Below are positions 28,501 through 40,640 of a stretch of 64,000 bases of DNA, piece after piece. Position 1 is the first letter of the stretch. Each line of letters opens with the position of its first letter. Position numbers and translations under genes: made by a program. The DNA is from Octopus vulgaris (lineage: Eukaryota). The stretch is taken from contig OX597842.1 in the NCBI GenBank assembly GCA_951406725.2, positions 11,780,001 to 11,844,000 on the forward strand. The letters are read 5' to 3'. The notes beneath the pieces were generated by a model that had not been told where the DNA came from, did not search any database, and saw nothing but the letters and a program-made list of their open reading frames with translations.

Positions 28501-28988
28501 GGCAGTGCTACCGAGGGGCTCTGCCTGTTCGAGATAAACTCTACCGGCACGGAAGTGCCGTCAGCCGGGCCTGCCCGAGGTGTTGCCAGGACGACGAAAC
28601 CGTTCTGCACGCACTCGTCCAGTGCCCGAGTATTGCTGAAATATGGGTTTATGTCGAACAGCTACTGTCACGTGTAGGACGGATCCGACTATCGGCCGAA
28701 TCCATAGTGAAGATTGCCCCGCCGACCTCCTTTAACAAGGAGGGCGAGGCCGTTTTCTTGTGCCTTGTGGCTGTGGCGAAAGAAGTCGTGTGGTGGACTC
28801 GTTTGAAAGGGCTAAAGTCAGACACTTTCCTCTTTGGTCAAGGCCTCATCAACTTTTTCAAGTTTCACTTGAAAAGGAAGATGAGGTTAGAGAGGAAAGT
28901 GCTGTCCGATAGCAAGTTTTATGAAAGGTGGGTGAATTGTGCGAGACTGGCCTGTATAAATGGACCAGTTCTCAGGTTTCGCCTGTGA
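25554..28988 (+). CDS. LINE ORF2: apurinic-like endonuclease, reverse transcriptase and C-terminal zinc finger (1144 aa, intact)
   Basis: APE motifs LNVRGL, SETRL, GDWNA, YLDRVF and TDHKLV. L1/Tx1-type YWKLN. RT motifs PGLDG, FRPITLLN, LDQSKAFDRVDH, RQGCPLS and YADDV. C-terminal CPRC..ETVLHALVQC. Confidence 0.97.
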   Translation: MANLRIGCLNVRGLGSPWKQGHLLNDLRFHDVDIAAISETRLSDPQELAALFGGYEIFLSPCRPGAGGGGTAVLFRKGLDLKIRTVFLDPEGKLVVLDVDGSDGGAFRLLAAYAPTGAGQSDYFKRLEVFLGTSRTLVLVGDWNAVLDERFDRVGRGASVRRGGGCKSLANLLGRFQLSDRFRLDNPNVPMWTWTNRIGSSRSYLDRVFCRPADKDSVGCPQFHLVEYTDHKLVICTVDLDRLHRQGPGYWKLNASLTACKAYRDRISLLVKRALTGAIINNNWWFALKRAIRVESIRYSKTLAIERRKRERDLVKKLDEALDTGIATDVLAARLALDQHFDAKHEGCVVRAKARSLSGEGTRAARWARVAEAKRGNRATIRSLVDQNGREVTQPKQMCTVLQRHFAQLFGTSGGTDTNGTDFGVYLDGLPQLSDSEAECCEGPISAWEVQEAMKSCTRGRSPGLDGLPYELYFSMPDLFADLLANVYCNWQQNGRIPAFVCRGVVALLKKDPNKGDVIGNFRPITLLNAELKILAKVLAKRLALVVDKLVGGTQTCAVPTRSIHDNLHLMRYIIERVGNDAGAGGALINLDQSKAFDRVDHRYLAAVLKAAGFGPVFRGWIAALYSNICSVIRVNGHLSEPFDISRSVRQGCPLSSLLYILTLEPLLRKLEALRGIPRDLGGGNSVSAYADDVTVVVSSHRHIGLIGETLNQYEAVTGAKINAEKSVGLQLGTWRGKPMPSNSVVGRWTDGPVKLLGVWFGPDLQVDKNWEEVTSRVARLTQKWAERKLSLKGRAEVANAYIASVIYYRLTVVPCPDRWLAKLVHLLFDFLWKGQVPLVRRSICCQRPLNGGLGMPWLLLRRHALRLRHLKRFLDGEQVWSSFVRRDFPQLVSLTELQTWIKRRPRKGAWHLECRQALSALHQAGNAVGYSSTLAFYRGLVEEKCDDVLGETLGVEDDELSGLFGRTFGPGPMDNFQRSLAWQCYRGALPVRDKLYRHGSAVSRACPRCCQDDETVLHALVQCPSIAEIWVYVEQLLSRVGRIRLSAESIVKIAPPTSFNKEGEAVFLCLVAVAKEVVWWTRLKGLKSDTFLFGQGLINFFKFHLKRKMRLERKVLSDSKFYERWVNCARLACINGPVLRFRL

Positions 28989-29512
28989 TTTCAAAGAAAA
29001 AGGTAATGTAAAAGGAGAAGAAAGGGGACTCTCTACACCCCCTTTTTTGACCAGGCTCCCGTTGGCTTTTGTAGGGTTTTTTTCCACCGGGAACATTTCG
29101 AGACGTCTCCCCCTTTTGGGAGTTTTTCATTGTTGAATTTTATAAGTTGTTATAAAGATTTTTACTCGATGTTTTTAAAAAAACGGCAAAAACCCTTTGT
29201 AAACTTTCGTCCTGTCTTGTCCCTTTATGTAATCATGCGTGTCAGCCCTTGTGGCCAATAAAAAAGAATTGATTATTATTATTATTATTATTCCTTCCGA
29301 CGCCGATGGACGTACGTGAATCAGCTCTGTGAGTTTTGTGCCAATTTTGTTGGAAATTTTTTAATAAGCTTGAATATTTTTTAATATTTTTGTAGCCAAA
29401 CCGACCGGCTTCTTGCGGAGCTCGTCGGTTGGGCGAAATTTTGCCCCATTCGGGGTGAAATTACTGTCTATCCTTTTGAAATTGACATTTTTTTGCACAC
29501 ACACATTACAAA

Positions 29513-31393
29513 ATGGCACTAAAACGAGCTGCTGGCTCTTCCCTCCTTCTTGCAACACCCCCCTACAAGAACAAAAAAAATAACGTCACGGGTTACGTAC
29601 AACCCATTTCAGGCCGTAAAAGGCAACAAAGCTCCTCCTTCCGAACCGGAGAGCACGCGCTCGGTTCAAAAGGAGAATGCATGCCAGGACGTCGCGTTCG
29701 ACGTCACTCTTGATTTCCCCCCTCTGCCTTCAACAAGTGATGCTGTACCGAAGGGGGAGGTAAAGAAAATTATAACAGACACAAACACAGACAAGAACCA
29801 ACAAAAAACTGTAAAAGCTTCTAACGATTTTGCTTCTGCTGCGAAGCAAATTTCGGAAGATGTAGAAATTACAATGGAGGACATAAAAATGGCACAAGAT
29901 TTGTTGAGAAAGGAGGGGAACAGTGTTTTCCTCAACACACCTCAACAACTCACACAAGAAACAAGCAAAAGAACAATCTTTTATAAAGTCTTCGAAAAGA
30001 AAACTAAAAGATTGTTTAACGCCACACCACAACAGTTGGAGATGGCTCTGAAGCCCATTTGGGGCCAGAAGAGCTATGTGACAAGAGGGAAGCGATTTGG
30101 AACCGTGGAGGTTCGCTTCCCAACAGAGGAACTTGCAAGGGCGAATGCCATTTCGCCCTTGCAAAATGAACATTTGTTCCTCGTCCCGACGTACCTCGGG
30201 CGTAAGGTACAAAAAATAACCATAAGCACAATACCCCCGAACAGAAAATCTCATGGCTAGTGGCGGCTGTCCTCTATGGCATAGAGGACACTGCCACTAT
30301 TCTGAATGTTCGGAGGGTACGAGAAAAGAACTGGTCAGGCATGGGTATTCAACTGCTGGTACAGATCCAGCAGGAAAACATCAATGCCATACCTGACTTT
30401 GTCATCTTGCTGGATGGGACCAGGCTAAATGTTATTGTAGAGGGGCGAAAGCCAAAATGTTTCCTCTGCAGTAGCGAAAGCCACCTAAAAAGGGACTGCC
30501 CCATTCAAAAAAGAGAATGGAGGAGTATAGCAAGAGGCAGCAGCAACAACAACAACAACAACAACAACACAAGCAACAACAACAGAAACAACAAAAACAG
30601 CAAGAAAAACCAAAGGCTGCCACACCACCAACACCATCACCAACACCAGCACCAAGACGAACAACACCACCTCCAACAACAACAACCACCACCAAACCAA
30701 CACCGACAACCACCACCAAACCAACACCGACACCAGTACCTCGAAGGTCGACAGCAGCGACATCAACAGTAACAGGAGCAGCGGCACCACCGATACCGGT
30801 GGAACCAGAAACTTTTCGTCCTGCTACTGAAGCAGACCCCTCAACCATTCCTTTGCCGGATGAAGAGATCTCGGATTGTGCGAGCTCGGATTCCAACAAA
30901 GGAGAATGGAATATAGTACCTCCAAAAAAAGAAAAGGAGGAAAAAACAAAAAGTTTTACAGGGGAAGCACGAACAAATAGTACTTCCCAACATCAACAAC
31001 AACATCAACAACAACACACACTCACAACAACAAACAACAACAACAACACTTTCGACACCACTACTGCCACTACCACAGACACAAACAAACACAGACACAA
31101 TTACAGACACGATTACAGCAGTGAATACAAGAAACCAGGAACTGGTTGAGTATTTGAAAAACAAAACAAGCACAAACATTACAGATTTCATAATACCTAC
31201 ACACAACACACCACCAGCACACATTCTCACAATAAAAATAAACAAAACAGTGTACAATGAAATAAAACAAATATTCCCTAACGATGTGGGATCGTTAGGG
31301 AAAAGTTTCTCTCAGAAACTTTACAAAAATATTATTGAAGCACCCGTGCAAAAGCACAAGGGAGCCACCCCCACCACCAACAACAGTAAGTAG
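29513..31393 (+). CDS. LINE ORF1, copy 2, frameshifted as assembled
   Basis: ORF pieces 29513-29713, 29550-30260, 30260-30772, 30517-31149 and 31121-31393 tile the same protein as copy 1. Confidence 0.8.
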
Positions 31394-31431
31394 AGCCTTT
31401 TTTCTCCTTTTTTTTCCCTAATTCTTGAGAC

Positions 31432-34400
31432 ATGGCAAATCTTAGAATCGGTTGCTTGAATGTGAGAGGCCTCGGGTCACCTTGGAAACAGGGTCACCTG
31501 TTAAACGACCTGAGGTTTCATGATGTGGATGTAGCAGCCATCAGTGAAACCAGGCTCTCCCACCCGCAGGAACTCGCAGCCCTTTTCGGCGGATACGAGA
31601 TATTTCTATCTCCGTGTCGGCCGGGAGCGGGCGGTGGTGGTACTGCGGTGTTGTTTCGGAAGGGCCTGGACCTGAAAATAAGAACAGTCTTCTTGGATCC
31701 GGAAGGTAAGTTGGTGGTCCTCGACGTGGACGGTAGTGACGGCGGTGCTTTCAGACTGCTGGCTGCCTACGCTCCGACAGGAGCAGGGCAGTCGGATTAT
31801 TTCAAACGTCTGGAAGTTTTCCTGGGAACGTCACGCACTCTAGTACTAGTTGGGGATTGGAACGCTGTCTTAGACGAACGTTTCGATCGGGTGGGCAGGG
31901 GAGCGTCTGTTAGGAGAGGGGGTGGGTGCAAGAGCCTCGCCAACCTACTCGGCCGCTTTCAGCTGTCCGACAGGTTTCGACTAGACAACCCGAATGTGCC
32001 AATGTGGACTTGGACAAACCGCATCGGGTCGTCTAGATCGTACTTAGATAGAGTGTTTTGTAGGCCAGCGGATAAGGACAGCGTAGGGTGTCCACAATTC
32101 CACCTAGTCGAATATACGGACCACAAATTAGTGATCTGTACGGTCGACTTAGATAGGCTACATAGACAGGGACCCGGCTACTGGAAGCTGAACGCGTCGT
32201 TAACGGCGTGCAAAGCTTACAGAGACCGGATTAGTTTACTAGTTAAGCGGGCGCTCACGGGGGCAATCATCAACAACAACTGGTGGTTTGCCCTCAAGAG
32301 AGCAATTAGAGTAGAGTCGATTAGGTATAGTAAGACTCTAGCTATTGAACGTAGGAAGAGAGAGCGGGATTTAGTTAAGAAACTAGACGAGGCTCTTGAC
32401 ACTGGCATCGCGACCGACGTGTTGGCGGCAAGGTTGGCCCTCGACCAACACTTCGACGCCAAACACGAAGGCTGCGTTGTCAGAGCTAAGGCACGTTCGC
32501 TAAGCGGGGAGGGGACTAGAGCCGCTCGATGGGCCCGCGTGGCGGAGGCGAAGCGAGGCAACAGAGCAACCATTCGGTCTTTGGTGGACCAGAACGGGCG
32601 CGAGGTTACCCAACCGAAGCAGATGTGTACGGTACTTCAGCGGCACTTTGCTCAACTGTTTGGGACGAGCGGTGGAACGGACACCAACGGTACAGACTTC
32701 GGTGTGTACCTGGACGGACTGCCGCAACTCTCGGACAGCGAGGCAGAGTGCTGCGAAGGACCGATATCTGCCTGGGAAGTACAGGAAGCGATGAAGAGTT
32801 GCACGAGAGGTAGATCGCCGGGTTTGGATGGTCTGCCCTACGAGCTTTACTTTTCAATGCCAGACTTGTTTGCGGACCTGTTGGCAAACGTCTACTGCAA
32901 CTGGCAGCAAAACGGGAGAATTCCTGCTTTTGTCTGTCGAGGGGTGGTGGCTTTGCTAAAGAAGGACCCAAACAAGGGGGACGTTATAGGACAATTTCCG
33001 GCCCATCACTCTGCTCAATGCAGAGTTGAAGATTTTGGCCAAGGTGCTAGCCAAGAGATTGGCGCTTGTCGTGGACAAGCTGGTCGGCGGGACGCAGACA
33101 TGCGCCGTGCCGACCAGGTCGATACACGACAACCTCCATCTCATGCGCTACATCATAGAGAGGGTGGGTAACGACGCTGGCGCGGGTGGGGCTTTGATCA
33201 ACTTGGATCAGAGTAAAGCCTTCGATAGGGTCGACCATCGGTACCTGGCAGCTGTCCTCAAGGCAGCCGGCTTCGGTCCAGTCTTCCGCGGGTGGATCGC
33301 TGCTTTATACAGCAACATCTGCTCGGTGATACGGGTGAACGGTCACCTTTCGGAACCGTTCGACATCTCGCGTTCGGTCCGCCAAGGATGCCCTCTCTCC
33401 TCCCTCTTGTACATTTTGACTCTCGAGCCATTACTGCGCAAGTTGGAGGCTTTGAGGGGCATCCCGCGCGATCTAGGAGGCGGAAACAGCGTGTCTGCTT
33501 ATGCCGACGACGTCACCGTGGTGGTGTCGAGCCACAGGCACATTGGCCTGATTGGCGAGACGCTAAACCAGTACGAAGCGGTGACAGGGGCAAAGATTAA
33601 CGCGGAAAAGTCTGTGGGCTTGCAACTGGGCACCTGGAGAGGCAAGCCCATGCCGTCCAACAGCGTCGTAGGGCGCTGGACAGACGGACCCGTTAAACTG
33701 CTCGGGGTCTGGTTCGGTCCGGACCTCCAGGTGGATAAGAACTGGGAAGAGGTGACGAGCAGGGTGGCACGTCTCACCCAGAAATGGGCCGAGAGGAAGC
33801 TGTCCCTGAAAGGTCGAGCGGAGGTGGCGAATGCGTACATCGCATCCGTCATCTATTACCGCTTGACCGTCGTCCCTTGTCCCGACCGCTGGTTGGCCAA
33901 GCTGGTACACCTGCTCTTCGACTTTTTGTGGAAGGGTCAGGTGCCACTGGTCAGGCGATCCATCTGCTGTCAACGACCGCTGAACGGAGGCCTTGGAATG
34001 CCGTGGTTGCTGTTGCGCAGACATGCGCTCAGGCTGCGGCATCTCAAGCGCTTCCTAGACGGTGAACAGGTGTGGTCGTCTTTTGTCAGACGCGATTTTC
34101 CGCAGCTCGTCTCTTTGACGGAGCTGCAGACCTGGATCAAACGTAGACCGAGAAAGGGCGCTTGGCACCTCGAGTGCCGTCAAGCCCTCTCCGCCCTCCA
34201 CCAGGCGGGCAATGCGGTCGGTTACAGCTCCACTCTAGCGTTCTATAGAGGGTTAGTGGAGGAAAAATGCGACGACGTTCTCGGGGAAACTCTAGGCGTT
34301 GAAGACGACGAACTGAGCGGTCTGTTCGGGAGGACTTTCGGGCCGGGGCCGATGGATAATTTCCAGAGGTCTCTCGCCTGGCAGTGCTACCGAGGGGCTC

Positions 34401-34867
34401 TGCCTGTTCGAGATAAACTCTACCGGCACGGAAGTGCCGTCAGCCGGGCCTGCCCGAGGTGTTGCCAGGACGACGAAACCGTTCTGCACGCACTCGTCCA
34501 GTGCCCGAGTATTGCTGAAATATGGGTTTATGTCGAACAGCTACTGTCACGTGTAGGACGGATCCGACTATCGGCCGAATCCATAGTGAAGATTGCCCCG
34601 CCGACCTCCTTTAACAAGGAGGGCGAGGCCGTTTTCTTGTGCCTTGTGGCTGTGGCGAAAGAAGTCGTGTGGTGGACTCGTTTGAAAGGGCTAAAGTCAG
34701 ACACTTTCCTCTTTGGTCAAGGCCTCATCAACTTTTTCAAGTTTCACTTGAAAAGGAAGATGAGGTTAGAGAGGAAAGTGCTGTCCGATAGCAAGTTTTA
34801 TGAAAGGTGGGTGAATTGTGCGAGACTGGCCTGTATAAATGGACCAGTTCTCAGGTTTCGCCTGTGA
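31432..34867 (+). pseudogene. LINE ORF2, copy 2, with a single +1 frameshift near 32991
   Basis: ATAGGACAATTT versus ATAGGCAATTT in copy 1. The protein is otherwise nearly identical. May be a sequencing error. Confidence 0.9.
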
Positions 34868-35612
34868 TTTCAAAGAAAAAGGTAATGTAAAAGGAGAAGA
34901 AAGGGGACTCTCTACACCCCCTTTTTGACCAGGCTCCCGTTGGCTTTTGTAGGGTTTTTCCACCGGGAACATTTCGAGACGTCTCCCCCTTTTGGGAGTT
35001 TTTCATTGTTGAATTTTATAAGTTGTTATAAAGATTTTTACTCGATGTTTTAAAAAACGGACAAAACCCTTTGTAACCTTTCGTCCTGTCTTGTCCCTTC
35101 ATGTAATCATGCGTGTCAGCCCTTGTGGCCAATAAAAAAGAATTGATTATTATTATTATTAGCGCCTTCGTTCGTTTCTCAAACTTGTCAAATAAAATTT
35201 TGAGAATGTACAAACAATTTCTTCATTTATATAAAACAGATGTGTTTTGGGGATTTGGGGCTTTTGTTTCGTTTTAGAAAAAGAGAACATTCTACAAACC
35301 AAGCAGCTGAAACAAGTAGCATTTCATACGGTGTGATCAAAGTGCTGTGACACCCGTCTCCTTCAATCTGGACTACCAAAACTTGGCAGGTCAGCTTATT
35401 AGATCTATACCAATCTATATACTACTAAATGTTCTCTTCTTCTAAACAAAAAAAAATTCATTAAATTTTATTTGACAAGTTTGGGAAACGAAGGAAAGCG
35501 CTGATAATAATGAAGAAACAAAAAGACTTTTGTTCCAAAATTCTGACGACTTTTTTCTCAATATTCAATTTCTATACACCTCACCTAGCACTCTATACAT
35601 ACATATATACAT

Positions 35613-35687
<75 letters not shown>

Positions 35688-35694
35688 CATACAT

Positions 35695-35732
<38 letters not shown>

Positions 35733-36128
35733 ATAAATAAAATATATGCATACATACAAACATATATTACGTACCTACATCTACATGTATATATACATGC
35801 ATATATAAATATATATACGTGAGTACAGGACACCACAACTAGACGTAGAACTCAACGAGAGACGAAAACGGAAAAGTCATTTTTTTACAACAGAAAAACA
35901 GAGTACAGGACATGCTACACAAGGAAAAATCCCCAATCATGAGCTGTCGCTAGTAGACTCAAGCGTGTTTCGAAGGCAAGACAGGACACGGCTCGTCAAA
36001 ACTAGGCCTTCCTGCGAGAGAATTAAAATAAAATTACCTCGCAGAGGGGTGAGAATTTACAAAAAAGCAAATGATGAAGACGTGTGTGTAAACAACAGAT
36101 TAGTTTATCGCTCGGGAAGTGAGAAAGT

Positions 36129-36164
36129 CTTTTACGTTTCGAGCCTACGCTCTTCGTCAGAAAG
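36129..36164 (-). ncRNA. Minimal type I hammerhead ribozyme, canonical core
   Basis: cttt-CTGACGA-a-gagc-gtag-gctc-GAAA-cg-TA-aaag. Confidence 0.85.
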
Positions 36165-36209
36165 GAACACAGAAATAAACAGGGGGAGAATATAGAAAAA
36201 AGGTTTAGT

Positions 36210-36265
<56 letters not shown>

Positions 36266-36508
36266 TTACATTCATCGTAATTTGAATTTACTATATATAT
36301 ACCGGAAGAAATCACTTATTACCTCCCCTTATTTAGAACTCTTTTCAACATAAACATAACGGCGTAAGAAATTTGAAAAGCGGTCTTTCTTCTAAACTAT
36401 GTCATTGTAAGAAAAAAATTTATAATATTCTTCAGACATATTGACTTAAATATATATTCTTTAACCTTTTAAAAGAAGCCTTCTGTAGTTTTTTCACTTT
36501 TTACTATT

Positions 36509-36559
<51 letters not shown>

Positions 36560-37075
36560 AACGACGGGCTTCTTTCAGTTTCCGTCTACCAAATCCACTC
36601 ACAACGCTTTGGTCAGTCCGAACCTATAGTAGAAGACACTTGCCCAAGGTGCCACGCAGTGGCACTGAACCTTGAACGATGTGGTTTGGAAGCAAGCTTC
36701 TTACCACACATTCTCGCTTCCTTAATATAATTCAAAAATATCCCGATGATAAAATCGGTCGATAATTATTTATAATTCTTTGTACTGAAATTCATGCATA
36801 CAATTACAAATTATCAATAAAAATATTTTAAACTTTGAAATCGTATTTATTTTTAGGATATGGATTTCTTGAATCTGTTTCTAAACGGTTGATTGTCTTT
36901 CATGCATTCTGCCCCCAACGGCTATCCTCTCCCGCCGCACCGTTTGGAAACCTCTGCTTTAGATTACTAGGTGTTCAAAAGTTACATACGAGGAGGTAAA
37001 CACACCAACATCGGTTGTCAAAGGAAGGTGGGCCGACAAACACAAACACACAATCATATATATATATACTCTCTC

Positions 37076-37472
37076 TTACTCTTTTACTTGTTTCAGTCAT
37101 TTGACTGCGGCCATGCTGGAGCACCGCCTTTAGTCGAGCAAATCGGCCCCGGGACTTATTCTTTGTAAGACCAGTACTTATTCTATCGGTCTCTTTTGCC
37201 GAACCGCTAAGTGACGGGGACGTAAACACACCAGCATCGGTTGTCAGACAATGCTAGGGAGACAAACACAGACACACAAACACACACACACATACTTATA
37301 TATATATACATATATACGACGAGCTTCTTTCAGTTTCCGTCTACCAAATCCACTCACAAGGCATTGGTCGGCCTGAGGCTATAGCAGAAGACACTTGCCC
37401 AAGATGCCACGCAGTGGGACTGAACCCAGAACCATGTGGTTGGTTAGCAAGCTACTTACTGCCACTCCTGCG

Positions 37473-37473
<1 letters not shown>
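37076..37473 (-). mobile_element. SINE family A, full length (partial copies at 36562-36710 and 37866-37960)
   Basis: Reverse complement of the family consensus. Confidence 0.92.
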
Positions 37474-37556
<83 letters not shown>

Positions 37557-37600
37557 CCACTAAACCCTTTTATTTTCTCTCCCTGTTTATTTCCGTGTTC

Positions 37601-37636
37601 CCTTCTGTTGAAGAGTATAGGCTCGAAACGTAAAAG
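37601..37636 (+). ncRNA. Minimal hammerhead motif, variant core
   Basis: cctt-CTGTTGA-a-gagt-atag-gctc-GAAA-cg-TA-aaag. Confidence 0.62.
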
Positions 37637-37760
37637 ACTTTCTCACTTCCTGAGTGTTAAACTAATACATCTGTTTGTTGTTTATACACCCGTCTTCGTC
37701 TTTTTGTTTATTGTTTTTGTTGGTTTTTTTGTAAATTTCAACTATATATATGTGTGTGTG

Positions 37761-37862
<102 letters not shown>

Positions 37863-38020
37863 TGCATGGCAGCTTGGGCAAGTGTCTTCTACTATAACCT
37901 CGGGCTGCCCAAAGCCTTATGAGTGGATTTGATAGACGGAAACTGAAAGAAGCTCGTCGTATATATATATATATATATACATACATATATTTTTATGCAT
38001 GTTATATATATATTTTTATG

Positions 38021-38073
<53 letters not shown>

Positions 38074-38474
38074 TATTATGTGTGTATGCGGCTATGTACA
38101 TGTGTGTGTGTGTATATATCGTTACATTGAAATGGTATACTTGTACAAAAACACGCACACTTACATGCGCACAAAAATTCGCACACGCGCACATACATAT
38201 AACATAGACACACACGTACACACAAAGCTATGTATATATATATATATATATATTTCTATATGTCCTTCCATCGTATGTTATGTAAGTTAATACAAGCGCA
38301 CGCACACATAGACGTATACACGCATACACATACATACGCAGGTCTTCACATTACCGCTGCTGCTGCGCCTGCTGCTGCTGTTCCGCTTGTTGTTGTTGTT
38401 GTTGTTGTTGTATCAGTATATCCAAAACCATAAAAACGGACGAGACAATCTCCAAGACTATTACTGTGTTGGAG

Positions 38475-39423
38475 GTGGCGCTGGCATCGGCGGTGGTGGT
38501 GGTGGTGATGGTGTTTGTGGTGACGGTGGTGGTGATAGTGGTGACAGCGGCCGTGGTAATGGTGGCGGCGGCGGCGGCAGTGTGGGTGGTGGCGGCCATG
38601 ATGGTGGTTGTGGTGGCGGCGGTGGTGGGGGGGGCGGTGGTGGTGGTGGTGGTGGTGGTGTTGTTAATGATGATGGTGGTGGTGGTGGTGGTGGTGGTGG
38701 TGTTGATGTTGGTGGTGGTGGTGGTGGTGATGGTGGTGGTGGAGGTGTTGATGATGGTATTGGTGGTGGCGGTGGTGGTGGCGGTGGTGGTGTTGATGAT
38801 GGTGGTGGTGGTGGTGGTGGTGATGGGGATGATGGTGGTGGTGATGATGGTGGTGTTGGTTGTGGTGATGTTGACTGTGGTGATGGTGGTGGTCATTGCC
38901 GTAGTAGTGGTTGTGCCGGTGGTAGTGGTGATGGTGGTGGTGGTGATGGGGATAATGGTGGTGGTGGTGGTGGTGGTGGTGGTGGTGGTGATGGTGGTGG
39001 TGGTGGTTGTGGTGTTGATGATGGTGGTGGTGGTGGGTGGTGGTGGTGGTGGTGGTGGTGGTGTTGATGATGGTGGTGGTGGTGGTGGTGATGGTGGTGG
39101 TGGTGGTGGTGGTGATGGTGGTGGTGGTTGTGGTGTTGATGATGGTGGTGGTTGTGGTGTTGATGATGGTGGTGGTGGTGGTGGTGATGGTGGTGGTGGT
39201 TGTGGTGTTGATGATGGTGGCGGTGGTGGTGGTGATGGTGGTGGTGGTTGTGGTGTTGATGATGGTGGTGGTGGTGGTGGTGGTGGTGATGGTGGTGGTG
39301 GTGGTGGTTGTGGTAATGGTTGCGGTGTTTGTGGTTTCGTTGTCGTCCCTGTAGTAATCGCTGGTATAACTGACATTTCTTTGCCTCTTGTAGTCATCAT
39401 TGTCATCGTCATCGTCGTCATCA

Positions 39424-39518
<95 letters not shown>

Positions 39519-39520
39519 GC

Positions 39521-39561
<41 letters not shown>

Positions 39562-39562
39562 T
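38475..39562. repeat. (GGT)n/(GAT)n then (GTC)n/(GTT)n low-complexity tract
   Basis: Direct reading. Confidence 0.9.
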
Positions 39563-39775
39563 CAGAGCAGACAAACGCAGAGACAACTCTCCATTAGTTA
39601 ATGAACAGCAGATATAGAATCTGACTTCGCAGTGATGTGTGGCACGGGTGGCGGGGCGGAGATGATGGGGTGGCGGTATGTGGAAAAGTGTGTGTGTGTG
39701 TAGTGTGGGTATGTGTATGACAATATGAGCATATATGGGGATCGATGAATGTGTGTCGAAGCTTATTTACGACTA

Positions 39776-39825
<50 letters not shown>

Positions 39826-39913
39826 CTGTGTGCGTGTGTGTGTGTATGTATATATATATATGTATGTATATATATATACATATATATACATACACATCTA
39901 TACATTTATTTAT

Positions 39914-40026
<113 letters not shown>

Positions 40027-40136
40027 GAGTGAGAGAGCCATATGTATATACAGATATATATATATATATACATATATATATGTATGTATGCATGTATGTA
40101 TATATACGTTTAAATATATATATATATATAGCTATT

Positions 40137-40553
40137 CTTTTATTCTTGTACTTGTTTCAGTCATTTAACTGCGGCCATGCTGGAGTAACGCCTTAAAGGG
40201 TTTTAGTTACGGGGACGTAAACACATCAACATCGGTGTCAGACAATGGGGTGGGGGACAAACACAAGCACAAAGGTACACACATACATATATATATATAT
40301 ACATGTATATATATATATATATATATATTCATTTATATATTTATATATATATATATATATACATATATACAACGGGCATCTTTCAGTTTCCGTCTACCAA
40401 ATCCACTCACAAGGCTTTGGTCAGCCCGAGGCTATAGTAGAAGACACTTGCCCAAGGTGCCACGCAGTGGGACTGAACCCGGAACCATGTGGTTGGTAAG
40501 CAAGCTTCTTACCACATAGTATATATATATAGTATATATATAGTATATATACA

Positions 40554-40606
<53 letters not shown>

Positions 40607-40609
40607 TAT

Positions 40610-40640
<31 letters not shown>

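Larger units (their letters stand above)
23416..29271 (+). mobile_element. Full-length Tx1-like LINE, copy 1
   Basis: Starts CCTTCCGACGCC directly after (ATT)22, has 5'UTR, ORF1, ORF2 and 3'UTR, and ends AATAAAAAAGAATTG followed by (ATT)7. Confidence 0.95.
29293..35145 (+). mobile_element. Full-length Tx1-like LINE, copy 2 (head-to-tail with copy 1)
   Basis: Same termini as copy 1, followed by (ATT)5. Only scattered substitutions and indels relative to copy 1. Confidence 0.95.
23301..35561. mobile_element. TA-flanked MITE (~460 bp net, ~100-bp TIRs) interrupted by the two LINEs
   Basis: 23301-23349 joined to 35161-35200 is the reverse complement of 35463-35561. TA dinucleotides at 23299-23300 and 35562-35563. 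Confidence 0.82.

Noticed and set aside
26339-34489. Antisense and alternate-frame ORFs inside LINE ORF2
   Set aside because: Expected in GC-rich coding DNA. They are duplicated only because the element is duplicated.
23416-35145. LTR retrotransposon or segmental duplication interpretation of the direct repeat
   Set aside because: The repeat is exactly the whole LINE, has APE-RT rather than protease or integrase, and no flanking DNA is duplicated.
38387-39067. Gly/Asp-rich ORF beginning YQYIQNHKNGRDNLQDYYC
   Set aside because: Dominated by GGT/GAT repeats, open in several frames and strands, with no credible start or splice signals.
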